A DNA stretch of 64,000 bases from the NCBI GenBank assembly GCA_045579895.1, contig JAZNMT010000012.1, forward strand, positions 11,165 to 75,164. The letters run 5' to 3'. The position numbers were made by a program, and so were the translations under genes. The notes under the pieces were generated by a model. The model did no database searches. It saw only the letters and a program-made list of their open reading frames with translations, and had not been told where the DNA came from. Of the stretch, positions 28,023 to 38,830 are shown piece by piece. Each line of letters begins with the position of its first letter. Position 1 is the stretch's first letter. Origin of the DNA: Paludibacteraceae bacterium (GTDB lineage Bacteria; Bacteroidota; Bacteroidia; Bacteroidales; Paludibacteraceae).

Positions 28023-28754
28023 ATGAGAAAGCTAACAATCATTTTGGCTTTAGCTGGTATAGTAACGGCTTGCCATCGTCCTTTGCACATAGTAGAATCC
28101 AAGAGCGAAATTTTGATGATTGACAGCACATTGGATAACATGCAAGACACCAATTATTTGGCACATATAGCACCTATCAAGGAGGAACTGGAGAAGGAGT
28201 TAAACATCCCTATCGGCTATGCACCTACCACGATGACCGTACATCAGCCCGAGTGTACAATGTTAAATTGGGCGTGTGATGCACTATTTGCTATGGCAAA
28301 ACAACGCTATCCAAACCGTGTGGATATGGCTGTGGTAAATATTGGGGGTATGCGTTCGGATTGGGCGGCAGGAGATATCACGCGAAGACATATATTCGAA
28401 CTCATGCCTTTCGACAACGAACTAGTTGTTTTAACGATGAAAGGGGAACAGATACTTCACCTATGCAACAGTTTTATTCAGCAGGGAGGACAAGGAGTGG
28501 CTGGATTGCGGCTAAAAGCACGTGGGGGAAAACTGATCGCAGCATTAATTGATGGCAAACCAATTGAACCAACAGCCTATTATACAGTGGCAACTAGCGA
28601 TTACCTCAGTCAGGGAAACGATAACATGACCGCACTCCAGAATCACGAAGACTATTGGCGTTCCGAAGAGAAGATTCGCGACTTATATATTGAGTATGTA
28701 CAACAGGTTAAACTAGTCCAAGCCAAAGTGGATGGCAGAATGGATATACAATAG
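28023..28754 (+). CDS. 5'-nucleotidase C-terminal-domain lipoprotein
   Basis: The lipobox is LALAGIVTAC. NIGGMRSDWAAGDITRRHIFELMPFDNELVVLTMKG and YTVATSDYLSQGNDN are typical of the UshA-type C-terminal domain. Confidence 0.8.
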   Translation: MRKLTIILALAGIVTACHRPLHIVESKSEILMIDSTLDNMQDTNYLAHIAPIKEELEKELNIPIGYAPTTMTVHQPECTMLNWACDALFAMAKQRYPNRVDMAVVNIGGMRSDWAAGDITRRHIFELMPFDNELVVLTMKGEQILHLCNSFIQQGGQGVAGLRLKARGGKLIAALIDGKPIEPTAYYTVATSDYLSQGNDNMTALQNHEDYWRSEEKIRDLYIEYVQQVKLVQAKVDGRMDIQ

Positions 28755-28771
28755 CCTAACAGTACGGATAG

Positions 28772-28796
28772 TTGGCACTCACATAGCTAGTGCCAA
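28772..28796. terminator. hairpin between convergent genes (possible bidirectional terminator, no clear U-run)
   Basis: The stem is TTGGCACT-cacatagct-AGTGCCAA. Confidence 0.35.
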
Positions 28797-28803
28797 ATAC
28801 CCA

Positions 28804-31047
28804 TTACTCAATTCGCTCCAACTTAGCGTAGGTAATAAGTAGTGTCTTCTTACCTACTTGCTCGAACAAGATATCAATCTTATCATTGTCATTCTCGCGA
28901 TAGACATCCAATACCGTTCCTGCGCCAAACACGCGGTGCATCACACGATCATCTTTGGACCATGCTGAACGAATAACTTTCTTTTTGCCCTTTTCCTTGG
29001 CTCCTGTAGTCGCTGTCAAATGAGGTCTCGAAGCCATAATCGGACTCGAAGGTGCTAGAGTAGATGGACGAGCTGAGATATGAGATGGGGACGTAGTATC
29101 TATGGATAGAACAAACTGACGGTCTATGTCCTTCAAAAAGCGAGAAGGGGTAGTAAAGGTCACTTGTCCATTGCGGAAACGCTGTTTAGCATTCGTCAGA
29201 TGACAACGTTCCATACTACGGGTGATGGCCACATATAGCAGGCGACGCTCTTCTTCTATCTCGCGAACAGTCTGACAGAATGCAGAGGGGAATAAGTTCT
29301 CTTCCAAACCTACGATAAAGGTATTTCGAAACTCCAATCCTTTAGCGGCGTGTATGGTTAAGAGGGTGACACGTGGTTGATCATCATCCAGATTCTGGTC
29401 TTGGTCTGTTAGCAAACTAACTTCCGCAAGGAAGTCCGCTATGGGAGTAAAATCGATTCCTTCTTGGCGGCGACGTTCACAGAACTCATGAATACCCGAT
29501 AACATTTCTTCCAGATTCTCATATCTGGCAATACCTTCAGGAGTCGTGTCACTCTTTGCTTCGCGCAAAATACCCGTCTCCATAAGTAAATCTTGGGCAA
29601 AAACAAACGCATCCTTCTTTGCCATATCTTGGGCAAAACGCTCAATCATCTCTGCAAATTCCATAACGCGTTTTTGTGCTGCGGCAGATATATCGGTATT
29701 CATCTTATCTATGGCTATAGCCACTTGCATCAGGCTACATTTGTTTTGCCGAGCAGACTCGTACAACCTACCTACCGTGGTATCGCCAATACCGCGTGTA
29801 GGATAATTAATGACGCGTAAGAAAGCCTCATTATCATCTCTATTGCTCACAAGACGAAGATAGGCTAGAGCATCTTTTATCTCCTTGCGTTGATAAAAGC
29901 TCATACCACCATAGATTCGATATGGTACTCCTAACTGACGCAATTCATCTTCTATCACACGAGACTGAGCATTCGTCCTATACATCACAGCTATATCTTC
30001 GTAGGAGTAGTTCTTTGACAATGCGGAAATGCCCTTTGCGACTCCTTTGGCCTCATCACGATCTGACATATAGGTGGAAATAGAGATACGCTCACCTATA
30101 TTAAGTTCAGAAAACACCTCTTTTCGGATTTGTCCCTTGTTATGGCGAATAAGGGAGTTAGCGGCATTGACAATAGTTTGAGTGGAACGATAGTTTTGCT
30201 CCAGTTTATGGAGTTGAGCCGTAGGATAATCCTTCTGAAAATTCAGGATATTGCTTATATCTGCACCACGGAACGAGTATATAGACTGAGCATCATCACC
30301 TACCACGCATATCCGCTGGTGCTGCTCGGCCAATGTACGAATAATCATATATTGTGCACGATTCGTATCTTGATACTCATCTACCAATATGTATTGAAAT
30401 AGTTGTTGGTAACGTTCCGCAACCTCAGGATACTTTTGCAATAATGTATATGTGTTTACCAATATATCATCAAAATCCATGGCATTAGCTGCCTTCAAAC
30501 GACGGTTGTACTCAGCATAAATGCGCGCCATGTCATTCATTTTATCAAAGCGATCACGCAGCAGGTACTCCCTATCCGCCGCATACTGATTAGGCGACTG
30601 CAAGTTGTTTTTGGCCATTGAGATACGACCATGAACCACATGGGGCTTATACAACTTATCATCCAGATTAAAGTCCTTGATGATATGTTTGATTACGGAA
30701 TTGGAGTCCGTGGTATCATAGATCGTATAATCATGCGTGAAGCCTAGTAATGCTGCCTCTTGACGAAGGAGTCGTGCAAAAATAGAGTGAAACGTACCCA
30801 TCCATAGATATCGAGCTAGATCCGCGCCCACCAATAGATTGATACGACTCTTCATCTCACGAGCGGCCTTGTTCGTAAAGGTTAAGGCCAATATATGACC
30901 AGCGGGAATACCTTGTTCTAGCAAATAGGCTACCTTATAGGTAAGTACACGTGTTTTGCCTGAACCTGCACCAGCTATGACAATCTGAGGACCATCATTA
31001 TAGGTTACTGCGGATAATTGAGAAGGGTTGAGAGACGATGTATTCAT
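28804..31047 (-). CDS. ATP-dependent DNA helicase, UvrD/PcrA/Rep family
   Basis: The 747 aa ORF reads GPQIVIAGAGSGKTRVLTYKVAYL, ILVDEYQDTN, NYRST, IHAAKGLEF and YVAITRS. Confidence 0.92.
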   Translation of the reverse strand: MNTSSLNPSQLSAVTYNDGPQIVIAGAGSGKTRVLTYKVAYLLEQGIPAGHILALTFTNKAAREMKSRINLLVGADLARYLWMGTFHSIFARLLRQEAALLGFTHDYTIYDTTDSNSVIKHIIKDFNLDDKLYKPHVVHGRISMAKNNLQSPNQYAADREYLLRDRFDKMNDMARIYAEYNRRLKAANAMDFDDILVNTYTLLQKYPEVAERYQQLFQYILVDEYQDTNRAQYMIIRTLAEQHQRICVVGDDAQSIYSFRGADISNILNFQKDYPTAQLHKLEQNYRSTQTIVNAANSLIRHNKGQIRKEVFSELNIGERISISTYMSDRDEAKGVAKGISALSKNYSYEDIAVMYRTNAQSRVIEDELRQLGVPYRIYGGMSFYQRKEIKDALAYLRLVSNRDDNEAFLRVINYPTRGIGDTTVGRLYESARQNKCSLMQVAIAIDKMNTDISAAAQKRVMEFAEMIERFAQDMAKKDAFVFAQDLLMETGILREAKSDTTPEGIARYENLEEMLSGIHEFCERRRQEGIDFTPIADFLAEVSLLTDQDQNLDDDQPRVTLLTIHAAKGLEFRNTFIVGLEENLFPSAFCQTVREIEEERRLLYVAITRSMERCHLTNAKQRFRNGQVTFTTPSRFLKDIDRQFVLSIDTTSPSHISARPSTLAPSSPIMASRPHLTATTGAKEKGKKKVIRSAWSKDDRVMHRVFGAGTVLDVYRENDNDKIDILFEQVGKKTLLITYAKLERIE

Positions 31048-31187
31048 GGTGGGTGACTATTTATAAATGACAGTTTAGTATGAATGGTTTAATACAATTT
31101 GGGTGCAAAGGTACAAAAAATATTTGGTAGTATCAAAAAAAAATCGTAATTTTGCAGCGAAATTCAAGACTATATAACGAATTGCGT

Positions 31188-32873
31188 ATGGCAACGAACC
31201 TTATCAATATCTATTGCAAGAACAATAAACAATTTGTTCAAATACCTTGCGGCACATCACTACATGATCTGTATGAACAGTTGCGCCCAACAATTGACGC
31301 ACCATACCCTATCATTGCAGCACGAGTTAACTACAAAGTACAGAGTCTTAACTTCTTGATATATAAGCCAAAAGACATCGAGTTTATTGATGCTACCAGC
31401 GAGAGCGGACGACGTTGCTATATCCGAAGCCTCAGCATGGTCATGGCGTGCGCCATACGGGAGCTATGGCCTGAATGCGACCTACGTATTGAACACCCCA
31501 TCAGCAGAGGATACTATTGTACCATTCGAGAGTCTAGAGATGTGGCGAAAGTGATCACCCCTGAGATCGTAAAACAACTCAAGGAGCGCATGAAAACCAT
31601 CATCAACGAAGATAGACCATTTATCACGGAAGAGAAACAAACAAAAGAGGTAATACAACTATTTGGAGAAAGAAATGAAGGGGAAGTAACACTGTTCGAA
31701 ACGTTGGGAAACCCATATTGCAGATATTATCGCATCGGAGACTATATTGACTATTACACCGGAGCACTGATGCCATCCACAAAATATATCAATCTCTTTG
31801 ATATTGAAATGTACCATGACAATATTCTGCTACGTATTCCATGCAAAAATAATCCTACCCAACTAGAAGAACGTTGCGTACAAGATAAGCGTTTCGGAAT
31901 ATTTCACGAGTATATTGGATGGAATAAATTATTGCATATCAGCAACGTCGGAGAATTTAATAGAGCATGCAAAAATCAGAAAAGTTTCGAAATGATCAAA
32001 CTATCCGAAGCATTGCATGAAAAGAAAGTAGCACAAATAGCCGACTTAATAGCGCACCGCGAAGGCGGAATACCTAAATTCATACTTATTTCGGGACCTA
32101 GCTCATCCGGTAAGACTACATTCTCCAAACGTCTAACCATCCAACTCATGGTCAATGGCATTAGACCAGTTGTAATATCCATGGACAACTACTTTGTCAA
32201 TAGAGAGGACACACCACGGGATGAGAACGGTGAATGGGACTTTGAGCATTTGCATACACTTGACCTGCCCTTATTCCGACAACAATTGGCCGAATTGGCA
32301 GAAGGCAAAATGGTGTCATTACCTTTCTATAATTTTGAAACAGGTAAACGAGAATACCGAGGTGACACACTGCAACTGCAAAAGGATACAGTTGTCATAT
32401 TAGAAGGACTACATGCGCTTAACCCCGAATTAATTCCGAATATCCCACGGACAAAGACCTTCAAAATATACGTAAGCTCGCTTACTACAGTCAATCTGGA
32501 CAACCACAATTGGATACCAACTAGCGACGTGCGACTAATTCGACGCATCGTACGCGACTACCGATATCGCGGATACTCCGCTCGAGAAACAATAGCACGA
32601 CTCAGCAGTGTACAACGGGGAGAAGAACGTTGGATCGCTCCTTTCCAGGAAGAAGCGGACGTCATGTTCAACTCTGCATTGCTGTTCGAATTGGCAGTGC
32701 TTAAACGACATGCAGAACCCATCCTAGATGAAGTACCTAAATACTGCGACGAATACACTACAGCACATAGATTGAAAAAGTATTTAAGTTATTTTGAGTC
32801 TATACCTGAACGAGAAATACCGCCAACTTCATTCTTGCGTGAATTTGTAGGAGGTAGCTCATTCAGATACTAA
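31188..32873 (+). CDS. TGS-domain / uridine-kinase-like nucleoside kinase fusion protein
   Basis: I chose the start at MATNLINIY, preceded by a TAatTTTG box. The P-loop ILISGPSSSGKTTFSKRL and a PRK/Udk-like C-terminal half follow an N-terminal TGS-like beta-grasp. Confidence 0.7.
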   Translation: MATNLINIYCKNNKQFVQIPCGTSLHDLYEQLRPTIDAPYPIIAARVNYKVQSLNFLIYKPKDIEFIDATSESGRRCYIRSLSMVMACAIRELWPECDLRIEHPISRGYYCTIRESRDVAKVITPEIVKQLKERMKTIINEDRPFITEEKQTKEVIQLFGERNEGEVTLFETLGNPYCRYYRIGDYIDYYTGALMPSTKYINLFDIEMYHDNILLRIPCKNNPTQLEERCVQDKRFGIFHEYIGWNKLLHISNVGEFNRACKNQKSFEMIKLSEALHEKKVAQIADLIAHREGGIPKFILISGPSSSGKTTFSKRLTIQLMVNGIRPVVISMDNYFVNREDTPRDENGEWDFEHLHTLDLPLFRQQLAELAEGKMVSLPFYNFETGKREYRGDTLQLQKDTVVILEGLHALNPELIPNIPRTKTFKIYVSSLTTVNLDNHNWIPTSDVRLIRRIVRDYRYRGYSARETIARLSSVQRGEERWIAPFQEEADVMFNSALLFELAVLKRHAEPILDEVPKYCDEYTTAHRLKKYLSYFESIPEREIPPTSFLREFVGGSSFRY

Positions 32874-32899
32874 CATAGAGTGAATAACCAAACAAAGAT

Positions 32900-33400
32900 A
32901 TGAAAAGAATTATATACATATTGAGCATACTAGCAATGATATGCATGACTACAAATGCACAGCAGCTACTAGATACGACGAATGTGCTTGATACGACAAA
33001 TGTGCTTGATACTATCAACGCTATAAAACCAACACTCATCACCGATGAAATGCCGTATGCTATCGTACACCAAGACTCACTCATTAAACAACTAATGAGC
33101 GATAAACGATCTGGATACACGCGTGGAGAACAACTCACTGATGGATTTAGAGTACAAATATATGCATCCAATCAACAACAACTAGCCAAACAAGAGGCTA
33201 CAGAACTGCAACAACGCATAGAACCACTCATCGACATACCTATTTATACTATCTCTGAACCACCATTCTGGAAAGTGAGAATAGGTAATTTTACAACACG
33301 TGAAGATGCCAATGAATATAAAAACACGTTCCTGCAACTCTTCCCAGATTTGACAGGTAGCACATATATTGTACCAGATAAGATTATTATAATAAGATGA
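32900..33400 (+). CDS. SPOR-domain (peptidoglycan-binding) protein
   Basis: It has a signal peptide. The C-terminus [19 protein letters not shown]...[17 protein letters not shown] is SPOR-like. An 18-bp tandem repeat (32972-33012) encodes [15 protein letters not shown]. Confidence 0.78.
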   Translation: MKRIIYILSILAMICMTTNAQQLLDTTNVLDTTNVLDTINAIKPTLITDEMPYAIVHQDSLIKQLMSDKRSGYTRGEQLTDGFRVQIYASNQQQLAKQEATELQQRIEPLIDIPIYTISEPPFWKVRIGNFTTREDANEYKNTFLQLFPDLTGSTYIVPDKIIIIR

Positions 33401-33978
33401 CTAATACATTCGTTCCTAATACTGACACGACTGAAGCAATTGCTCAACATGTCGTAGAACTACTGATTCAAATGGGTGAAGATCCTCAACGCGAAGGATT
33501 AATACGCACACCCGAACGCGTAGGAAAAGCTATGCAATTTCTCACACAAGGATACAACCAAGACCCCGAAGCTATACTACAATCTGCTCTCTTTGAAGAA
33601 GAATACCGACAAATGGTAGTCGTAAAGGATATACCATTCTATTCATTATGCGAACACCATTTGCTACCTTTCTTCGGTAAAGCACACGTGGCATATATTC
33701 CCAATGGAAAAATCACAGGCCTTAGCAAAATAGCACGAGTTGTTGATGTGTTTGCTAGAAGACTACAAGTACAAGAGCGAATGACTACTCAAATTAAAGA
33801 GTGTATCCAAAAGACATTGAACCCTTTAGGCGTAATGGTCGTAATAGAAGCAGAACATTTATGCATGCAGATGCGTGGAGTGCAAAAACCTAGTGCGGTC
33901 ACCACTACGAGCGACTTCACAGGGGCATTCAATCGACCTGAAACGCGAGAAGAATTTATGAATCTTATTCGAGGATAA
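33397..33978 (+). CDS. folE: GTP cyclohydrolase I
   Basis: [42 protein letters not shown] and HLCMQMRGV are the FolE signature motifs. Confidence 0.95.
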   Translation: MTNTFVPNTDTTEAIAQHVVELLIQMGEDPQREGLIRTPERVGKAMQFLTQGYNQDPEAILQSALFEEEYRQMVVVKDIPFYSLCEHHLLPFFGKAHVAYIPNGKITGLSKIARVVDVFARRLQVQERMTTQIKECIQKTLNPLGVMVVIEAEHLCMQMRGVQKPSAVTTTSDFTGAFNRPETREEFMNLIRG

Positions 33979-33984
33979 GAGGCA

Positions 33985-36321
33985 TTAATGCAACACCATA
34001 ATCTTTACTGCACCATGAGCATTACCATCTATAGTATTGCAAATGGCAGTATAGATACCCGAGGCAACACGGCTACCTGTCGTATTGGTTAAATCCCATA
34101 TTCCTTCACCACCGTTACTCGCAATGGTTTGTACCAAATTACCACTCGCATCTACAATACGTATGGAAGTATTGGACATCACACCCTTAATAACTACCAC
34201 ACCTCTATAGGTAGAATAAACAGGATTAGGGTATGCGTATAATTCACTAAAGTCATCTTTACCTGCTACGGCATCGCTCATATAAGAAACAAGACCTTCA
34301 CTAGTACCAAAATAAACTTCACCAGTGGACGAATGAATGGCTATGGAGAGTACATTATCACTTGGAAGGGGTGAATTTTCTGACGTAAAATGAGCTATAG
34401 TCTCTTGCCCATCAGAGGAAAGAAGAAATACACCTGAGGTCGCTGTACCCACCCACTTACGATTAGCACCATCTACTACTATACTATTCACTTGCTCATT
34501 CTCAAGCAAATAATCACCCAATTGCGTACCATCATTTCGTCCAATAACCACGCGTTCACAACGATTGGATAACGTAAAATCGACAGAAGAGGGGATAAGG
34601 AACATGCCACTATTTGTACCAACCCATAGGGTGTTATCATGGTCTTGTGCCATTGTATAAATGGATAGTGGAGATATCGTATGGTTATTCTGATCAATCC
34701 ATTCCCTTCTATAAGTGACATGATCATCATTAGGATTCGTTGGCGTACCATTATCTTGCAACAAGATAATACCAGTACCTAAACGACATTCAGTAAGCCA
34801 TTTCCATTGAGAATTGCGACGATCTACCATAATCTCACCTGGAGTGTCCAATACGATGCGTACACCATTGGCTATCAAATTAAAAGAGTGCCACTTGCCT
34901 GCTGGAGTGATAATATGGATATTATTTTGCACATCTTTATGCGCATTCAATACCCACAAATTGCCTTGGTCATCAAACATTGCGCCATCGGTGCGAGTAT
35001 ATAAACCAGGATCTGCTGGCACCGCTGACTGCAAATTACTATTCTCTGGAGTATATAGATTCACTACATCTATATCATACATCTCCAACAAACCAGAACA
35101 GTAGCTTGTGACAAAATAGTGGTTCTTATCATTCGGATCTTGTGCTACATTCATTAGGTCCAGAATAGTGGCATTAGTCGCACTATTAATATGGAAATTA
35201 GAAATATTTACCCACTGACCATTTTCATAATACATAATCTCAGCTGGAGTAAAGTTTTGCACGGCCCATCTACCACCAGGTACGATGTATAACCTATCAC
35301 CAAAGAAGCGCATACGATAGGCTATATTATTGATTGGACCATCAGGACGAAAGGATTGTTGATCGCTCCCTCGAACCAGACCACGCATTTGCGATGCGAA
35401 CCATAATGTATTACCATCTTCCTCTAGATCACTAATAATACCTATCTCCTGCATTTGCAACGAAAAATCGGTACCTACTATAGCTACTCCATCTGTATCC
35501 TTTGGCAATACAAAAAGGTGAGCACCTACTTGGCGTATGCCGCGAACAGCATAGTCTGTAAGATGCTGATGCCACTGAATAGTGTCCTTAGACCATAGGA
35601 CGCTATCACGGACTACATATAATTGCCCATCATACGCACACAAGCCTGCTACGGATTCACCTTTAGGCAGAGCTTGAACATGCCAGTATGCATAATCGGA
35701 CAAGGGATCTGACATAGAAGCAGAATACATATGGGTGTGAGATACTGCATAAATACTATCACCCTGTATGGTAATATATTCCACCGATACCTCCGAAGAG
35801 GACTCACCAATGAAATAAGTATCCTTAATCTCACCACGCTTCATATCTAGCAATATGATTCCAAAATCCATTGCTAGATAAGCTGTTGTACCATACATAT
35901 AGACATTTTTGACAATCTTCGAAAAATTAGCTTGCTTCAAATACAAATCAGGTATATTATGTATCTCAGCCTGTGCATCCATAATATCCAACTGACCATT
36001 CTGATAACACAACAGCAATAAATCCAGTGTGGGATTATATGCAATAGTAGAAATCACGGCACCATTCAAACCACTCAAACGACTATAATTAGTCATTTCC
36101 TCCGATTGCTTATCTACGGAAAATAATGAATGATTGGACAAAGCAAAGACATTATCCCGCATTACCACTACTTCATCAATATTGGCATAGGCAGGATGAG
36201 CACGCCACTGATGCATACTGCCATAACTCCACTCTTGATCCGAATCATTGGCCATAAGCTTTCCTACCAGCAAAAATGACACTACCATGCTAAGCGCTAA
36301 TATAAGTCGTTTTTTCATCAT
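33985..36321 (-). CDS. porZ: two-beta-propeller T9SS protein with C-terminal sorting domain (PorZ-like)
   Basis: The 778 aa ORF has a signal peptide and repeated Reg_prop-like motifs (LWVGTNSGMFLI, KWVGTATSGVFLL, EVYFGTSEGLVSY). The C-terminal domain ends GIYTAICNTIDGNAHGAVKIMVLH. Size and architecture match PorZ as I recall it. Confidence 0.55.
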   Translation of the reverse strand: MMKKRLILALSMVVSFLLVGKLMANDSDQEWSYGSMHQWRAHPAYANIDEVVVMRDNVFALSNHSLFSVDKQSEEMTNYSRLSGLNGAVISTIAYNPTLDLLLLCYQNGQLDIMDAQAEIHNIPDLYLKQANFSKIVKNVYMYGTTAYLAMDFGIILLDMKRGEIKDTYFIGESSSEVSVEYITIQGDSIYAVSHTHMYSASMSDPLSDYAYWHVQALPKGESVAGLCAYDGQLYVVRDSVLWSKDTIQWHQHLTDYAVRGIRQVGAHLFVLPKDTDGVAIVGTDFSLQMQEIGIISDLEEDGNTLWFASQMRGLVRGSDQQSFRPDGPINNIAYRMRFFGDRLYIVPGGRWAVQNFTPAEIMYYENGQWVNISNFHINSATNATILDLMNVAQDPNDKNHYFVTSYCSGLLEMYDIDVVNLYTPENSNLQSAVPADPGLYTRTDGAMFDDQGNLWVLNAHKDVQNNIHIITPAGKWHSFNLIANGVRIVLDTPGEIMVDRRNSQWKWLTECRLGTGIILLQDNGTPTNPNDDHVTYRREWIDQNNHTISPLSIYTMAQDHDNTLWVGTNSGMFLIPSSVDFTLSNRCERVVIGRNDGTQLGDYLLENEQVNSIVVDGANRKWVGTATSGVFLLSSDGQETIAHFTSENSPLPSDNVLSIAIHSSTGEVYFGTSEGLVSYMSDAVAGKDDFSELYAYPNPVYSTYRGVVVIKGVMSNTSIRIVDASGNLVQTIASNGGEGIWDLTNTTGSRVASGIYTAICNTIDGNAHGAVKIMVLH

Positions 36322-36372
36322 ATAAATATCTGCTGCGTTGTTGATACTACTATATCGCTACCTACTACATAC

Positions 36373-36960
36373 CTATAATACATCGCGCAGCGCACGGAGC
36401 GCGCGCGCGCGATGACTTATCGTGTTCTTTTCTGAAGATGATAACATGGCAAAAGTACACGAATAACCTTCTGGAATGAATATAGAATCGTATCCAAATC
36501 CTTGTTCACCACTCTCCTGCTCTGCTATACGACCCTGGATGATACCATCCACTTGAACATCATACGTTCTACCTATAAGCGTAATGACAGTACGGAATCG
36601 TGCTTCACGATTCAATATACCAGATAACTCACTAAGTGCTTTCGCACGATTTTTGGCATCATTAGATGGTTCACCTGCCCAGCGAGCGGAATATACACCC
36701 GGCTGCTGATTCAGAGCAAAGATCTCCAAACCTGTATCATCTGCAAATACGCCATCATAACCTGACGCCTTACCATTGGACAAAAGCCATTCCCATACGG
36801 CAAGCGACTTCAAACGAGAGTTATCTTCCAACGTTTGACCGGTCTCCTCTATCTCACCATAGAAACCTATCTCACGCAAACTAACAATTTCTATGTGAGA
36901 AAGAATCTGACGGACTTCCGACAATTTGTGGGCATTATTGGATGCAAATACTAGTTTCAT
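36373..36960 (-). CDS. rdgB: non-canonical purine NTP pyrophosphatase (dITP/XTP), RdgB/HAM1 family
   Basis: Motifs: MKLVFASNNAHKLSEV, EETGQTLEDNS, ADDTGLEI, PGVYSARWAG, GFGYDSIF and ISHRARA. Confidence 0.92.
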   Translation of the reverse strand: MKLVFASNNAHKLSEVRQILSHIEIVSLREIGFYGEIEETGQTLEDNSRLKSLAVWEWLLSNGKASGYDGVFADDTGLEIFALNQQPGVYSARWAGEPSNDAKNRAKALSELSGILNREARFRTVITLIGRTYDVQVDGIIQGRIAEQESGEQGFGYDSIFIPEGYSCTFAMLSSSEKNTISHRARALRALRDVL

Positions 36961-37113
36961 TAGTTATTGAATTTTCAAATCTTGACTGCAAAATTACTAT
37001 TTTTTATGCAAATATCAAAATTATTTGCCTTGGATTTGGTATATTCCATCTTTTTTTTGTACTTTTGCATACGATATTGAATGGAATGTTTCATTTTTAA
37101 TAGCAAATAAGAT

Positions 37114-37548
37114 ATGAAAAAGACAAAATTATTAGTAGCTGCTATGCTATTTTTTGCAATGCAAGTGGCAGCTCAAACGCCTATCCTTGGAGATTGGATT
37201 ACGGTAGACGATGCCAGTGGTGAACAAAAATCAGTAGTGCGCATTTATCAAGCTGAAAATGGTAAATATTATGGTACTATTATCGAGCTCTTTGGAGAAG
37301 ATGCCGCTTCTGCAGTATGCCAGGCGTGCGAAGGAGAAGAGCACAATCAACCTATTGTGGGATTGACTATTATCCGAGACATGCAACTCAAAGATGGGGA
37401 ACTACGGGGCGGAAAGGTGTTAGACCCTGATAATGGCAAGTTCTACTACGCTAAAGTGTACCTAAAAGATGGAAAACTTGTTTTACGCGGTTCGTTAGAC
37501 AAAGCAGGATTACTCGGACGTAGCCAAACATGGCTGCCTAAAAAGTAA
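37114..37548 (+). CDS. DUF2147-domain secreted protein
   Basis: It has a signal peptide. GDWITVDD...VVRIYQAENGKYYGTI...GGKVLDPDNGKFYYAKVYLKDGKLVLRG matches DUF2147 as I recall it. Confidence 0.65.
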   Translation: MKKTKLLVAAMLFFAMQVAAQTPILGDWITVDDASGEQKSVVRIYQAENGKYYGTIIELFGEDAASAVCQACEGEEHNQPIVGLTIIRDMQLKDGELRGGKVLDPDNGKFYYAKVYLKDGKLVLRGSLDKAGLLGRSQTWLPKK

Positions 37549-37565
37549 TTCTTGATATGGTACAT

Positions 37566-37599
37566 AAAAAAATGACTGCCGCAGCAGTCATTTTTTTTA
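37566..37599. terminator. bidirectional rho-independent terminator
   Basis: aaaaaaATGACTGCcgcaGCAGTCATtttttttt lies between the convergent DUF2147 and HIT genes. Confidence 0.8.
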
Positions 37600-37611
37600 T
37601 GAGTATAATAG

Positions 37612-38016
37612 TTAGCAACCCATTGCTTCTGCGATTGAATTGGCTATCGCTGCCATTTCCTCCGATGGTAAAGTCATCTTTGGATTCGCAAACGACATAT
37701 CACCCTCCTTACTAATTGGAATCAAATGCATATGAACATGAGGAACTTCCAATCCTATAACTGCTACGCCTACTCGCTTGCATTCTACAGCACCTTTAAT
37801 TCCAATAGCTACTTGCTTAGCAAAAACCAACATCTCACTCAGGATATCATCATCCAAATCAAAGATGTAATTTGCTTCTGGCTCTGATAGTTTAGGAACA
37901 ACCAAAGTATGTCCTTTTTGCAAAGGATTAATGTCCAAAAAAGCATAAAAACGATCATTCTCAGCCACTTTGTAACTAGGAATCTCGCCATTGATAATCT
38001 TAGTAAAGATAGTCAT
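37612..38016 (-). CDS. HIT-family (histidine triad) nucleotide hydrolase
   Basis: IFTKIINGEIPSY and the HVHMHLIP triad are present. Confidence 0.9.
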   Translation of the reverse strand: MTIFTKIINGEIPSYKVAENDRFYAFLDINPLQKGHTLVVPKLSEPEANYIFDLDDDILSEMLVFAKQVAIGIKGAVECKRVGVAVIGLEVPHVHMHLIPISKEGDMSFANPKMTLPSEEMAAIANSIAEAMGC

Positions 38017-38041
38017 AATAGGTATAATGGATAATAATATA

Positions 38042-38512
38042 TTAGATACTTATTTCTAGCACCTTAAATTGCAATTGCCCTGCTGGTACGATAACCTCAG
38101 CAACATCACCCACTTTCTTACCAAGCAAACCCTTAGCAATCGGAGTGGTTGTTGCTATTTTACCCTCTAGGATATTAGCTTCGCCTTCGGTTACCAATTG
38201 ATATACTTTTTCTTGACCTGTTTTTAGGTTCTGAACACGTACCTTTGTCAAAATCTGCACCTCATCTGTATTGATATCGGTTTCATCAATGATGCGCGCA
38301 TCCATAATTTTAGCTTTCAGCAGAGCTATTCGACTTTCCAATACCCCTTGCTCCTCTTTAGCTGCATCATACTCAGCATTCTCGCTGAGATCACCTTTCT
38401 CACGAGCTTCTGCTATCGCAGCTATAACACGTGGACGCTCCACGCTTTCTAGGTATTGAAGTTCATCTTTTAATTTTTGAAGACCACCTGCGGTCACATA
38501 ATTTGTTGCCAT
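38042..38512 (-). CDS. greA: transcription elongation factor GreA
   Basis: The 156 aa ORF has a coiled-coil N-terminal domain with AREKGDLSENAEYDAAKEEQ and a C-terminal FKBP-like domain. Confidence 0.94.
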   Translation of the reverse strand: MATNYVTAGGLQKLKDELQYLESVERPRVIAAIAEAREKGDLSENAEYDAAKEEQGVLESRIALLKAKIMDARIIDETDINTDEVQILTKVRVQNLKTGQEKVYQLVTEGEANILEGKIATTTPIAKGLLGKKVGDVAEVIVPAGQLQFKVLEISI

Positions 38513-38520
38513 ATCAATTG

Positions 38521-38628
38521 TTAGTATTTACGATTAAAAATCTCGCCCGCAATAAATGCTTTGCGAGCCTCATCTGGATCTGTCAAATCCACCTGAAGCG
38601 GATTAGGATTTTCGTGATGTTCGTTCAT
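38521..38628 (-). CDS. possible 35-aa leader/small ORF upstream of greA
   Basis: My translation is MNEHHENPNPLQVDLTDPDEARKAFIAGEIFNRKY*. It lies between a TActTTTG box (~38755) and greA. The only support is position and an open frame. Confidence 0.25.
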   Translation of the reverse strand: MNEHHENPNPLQVDLTDPDEARKAFIAGEIFNRKY

Positions 38629-38830
38629 ATGCTTACAAAAAAATAGTGAAAACAATATGTCTTCTTTTGCGTAGTTTTAAGAAACAACGAGAAACTTCCC
38701 AGCCTCTCGTTGCCATTAAACCTAAACCTTAACTATGAAAATTTATTGTTTTCGACTGCAAAAGTACTGCTTTTTTTTTACTTATGCAAATTTTTTCTTA
38801 AAAAAAAGCATTTTTTTATGCAGAAATGCA

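Noticed and set aside
32972-33012. 18-bp tandem repeat in the SPOR gene as a contingency locus
   Set aside because: The unit length is a multiple of three, so it only varies a linker peptide (LDTTNV). This is ordinary for SPOR and other low-complexity linkers.
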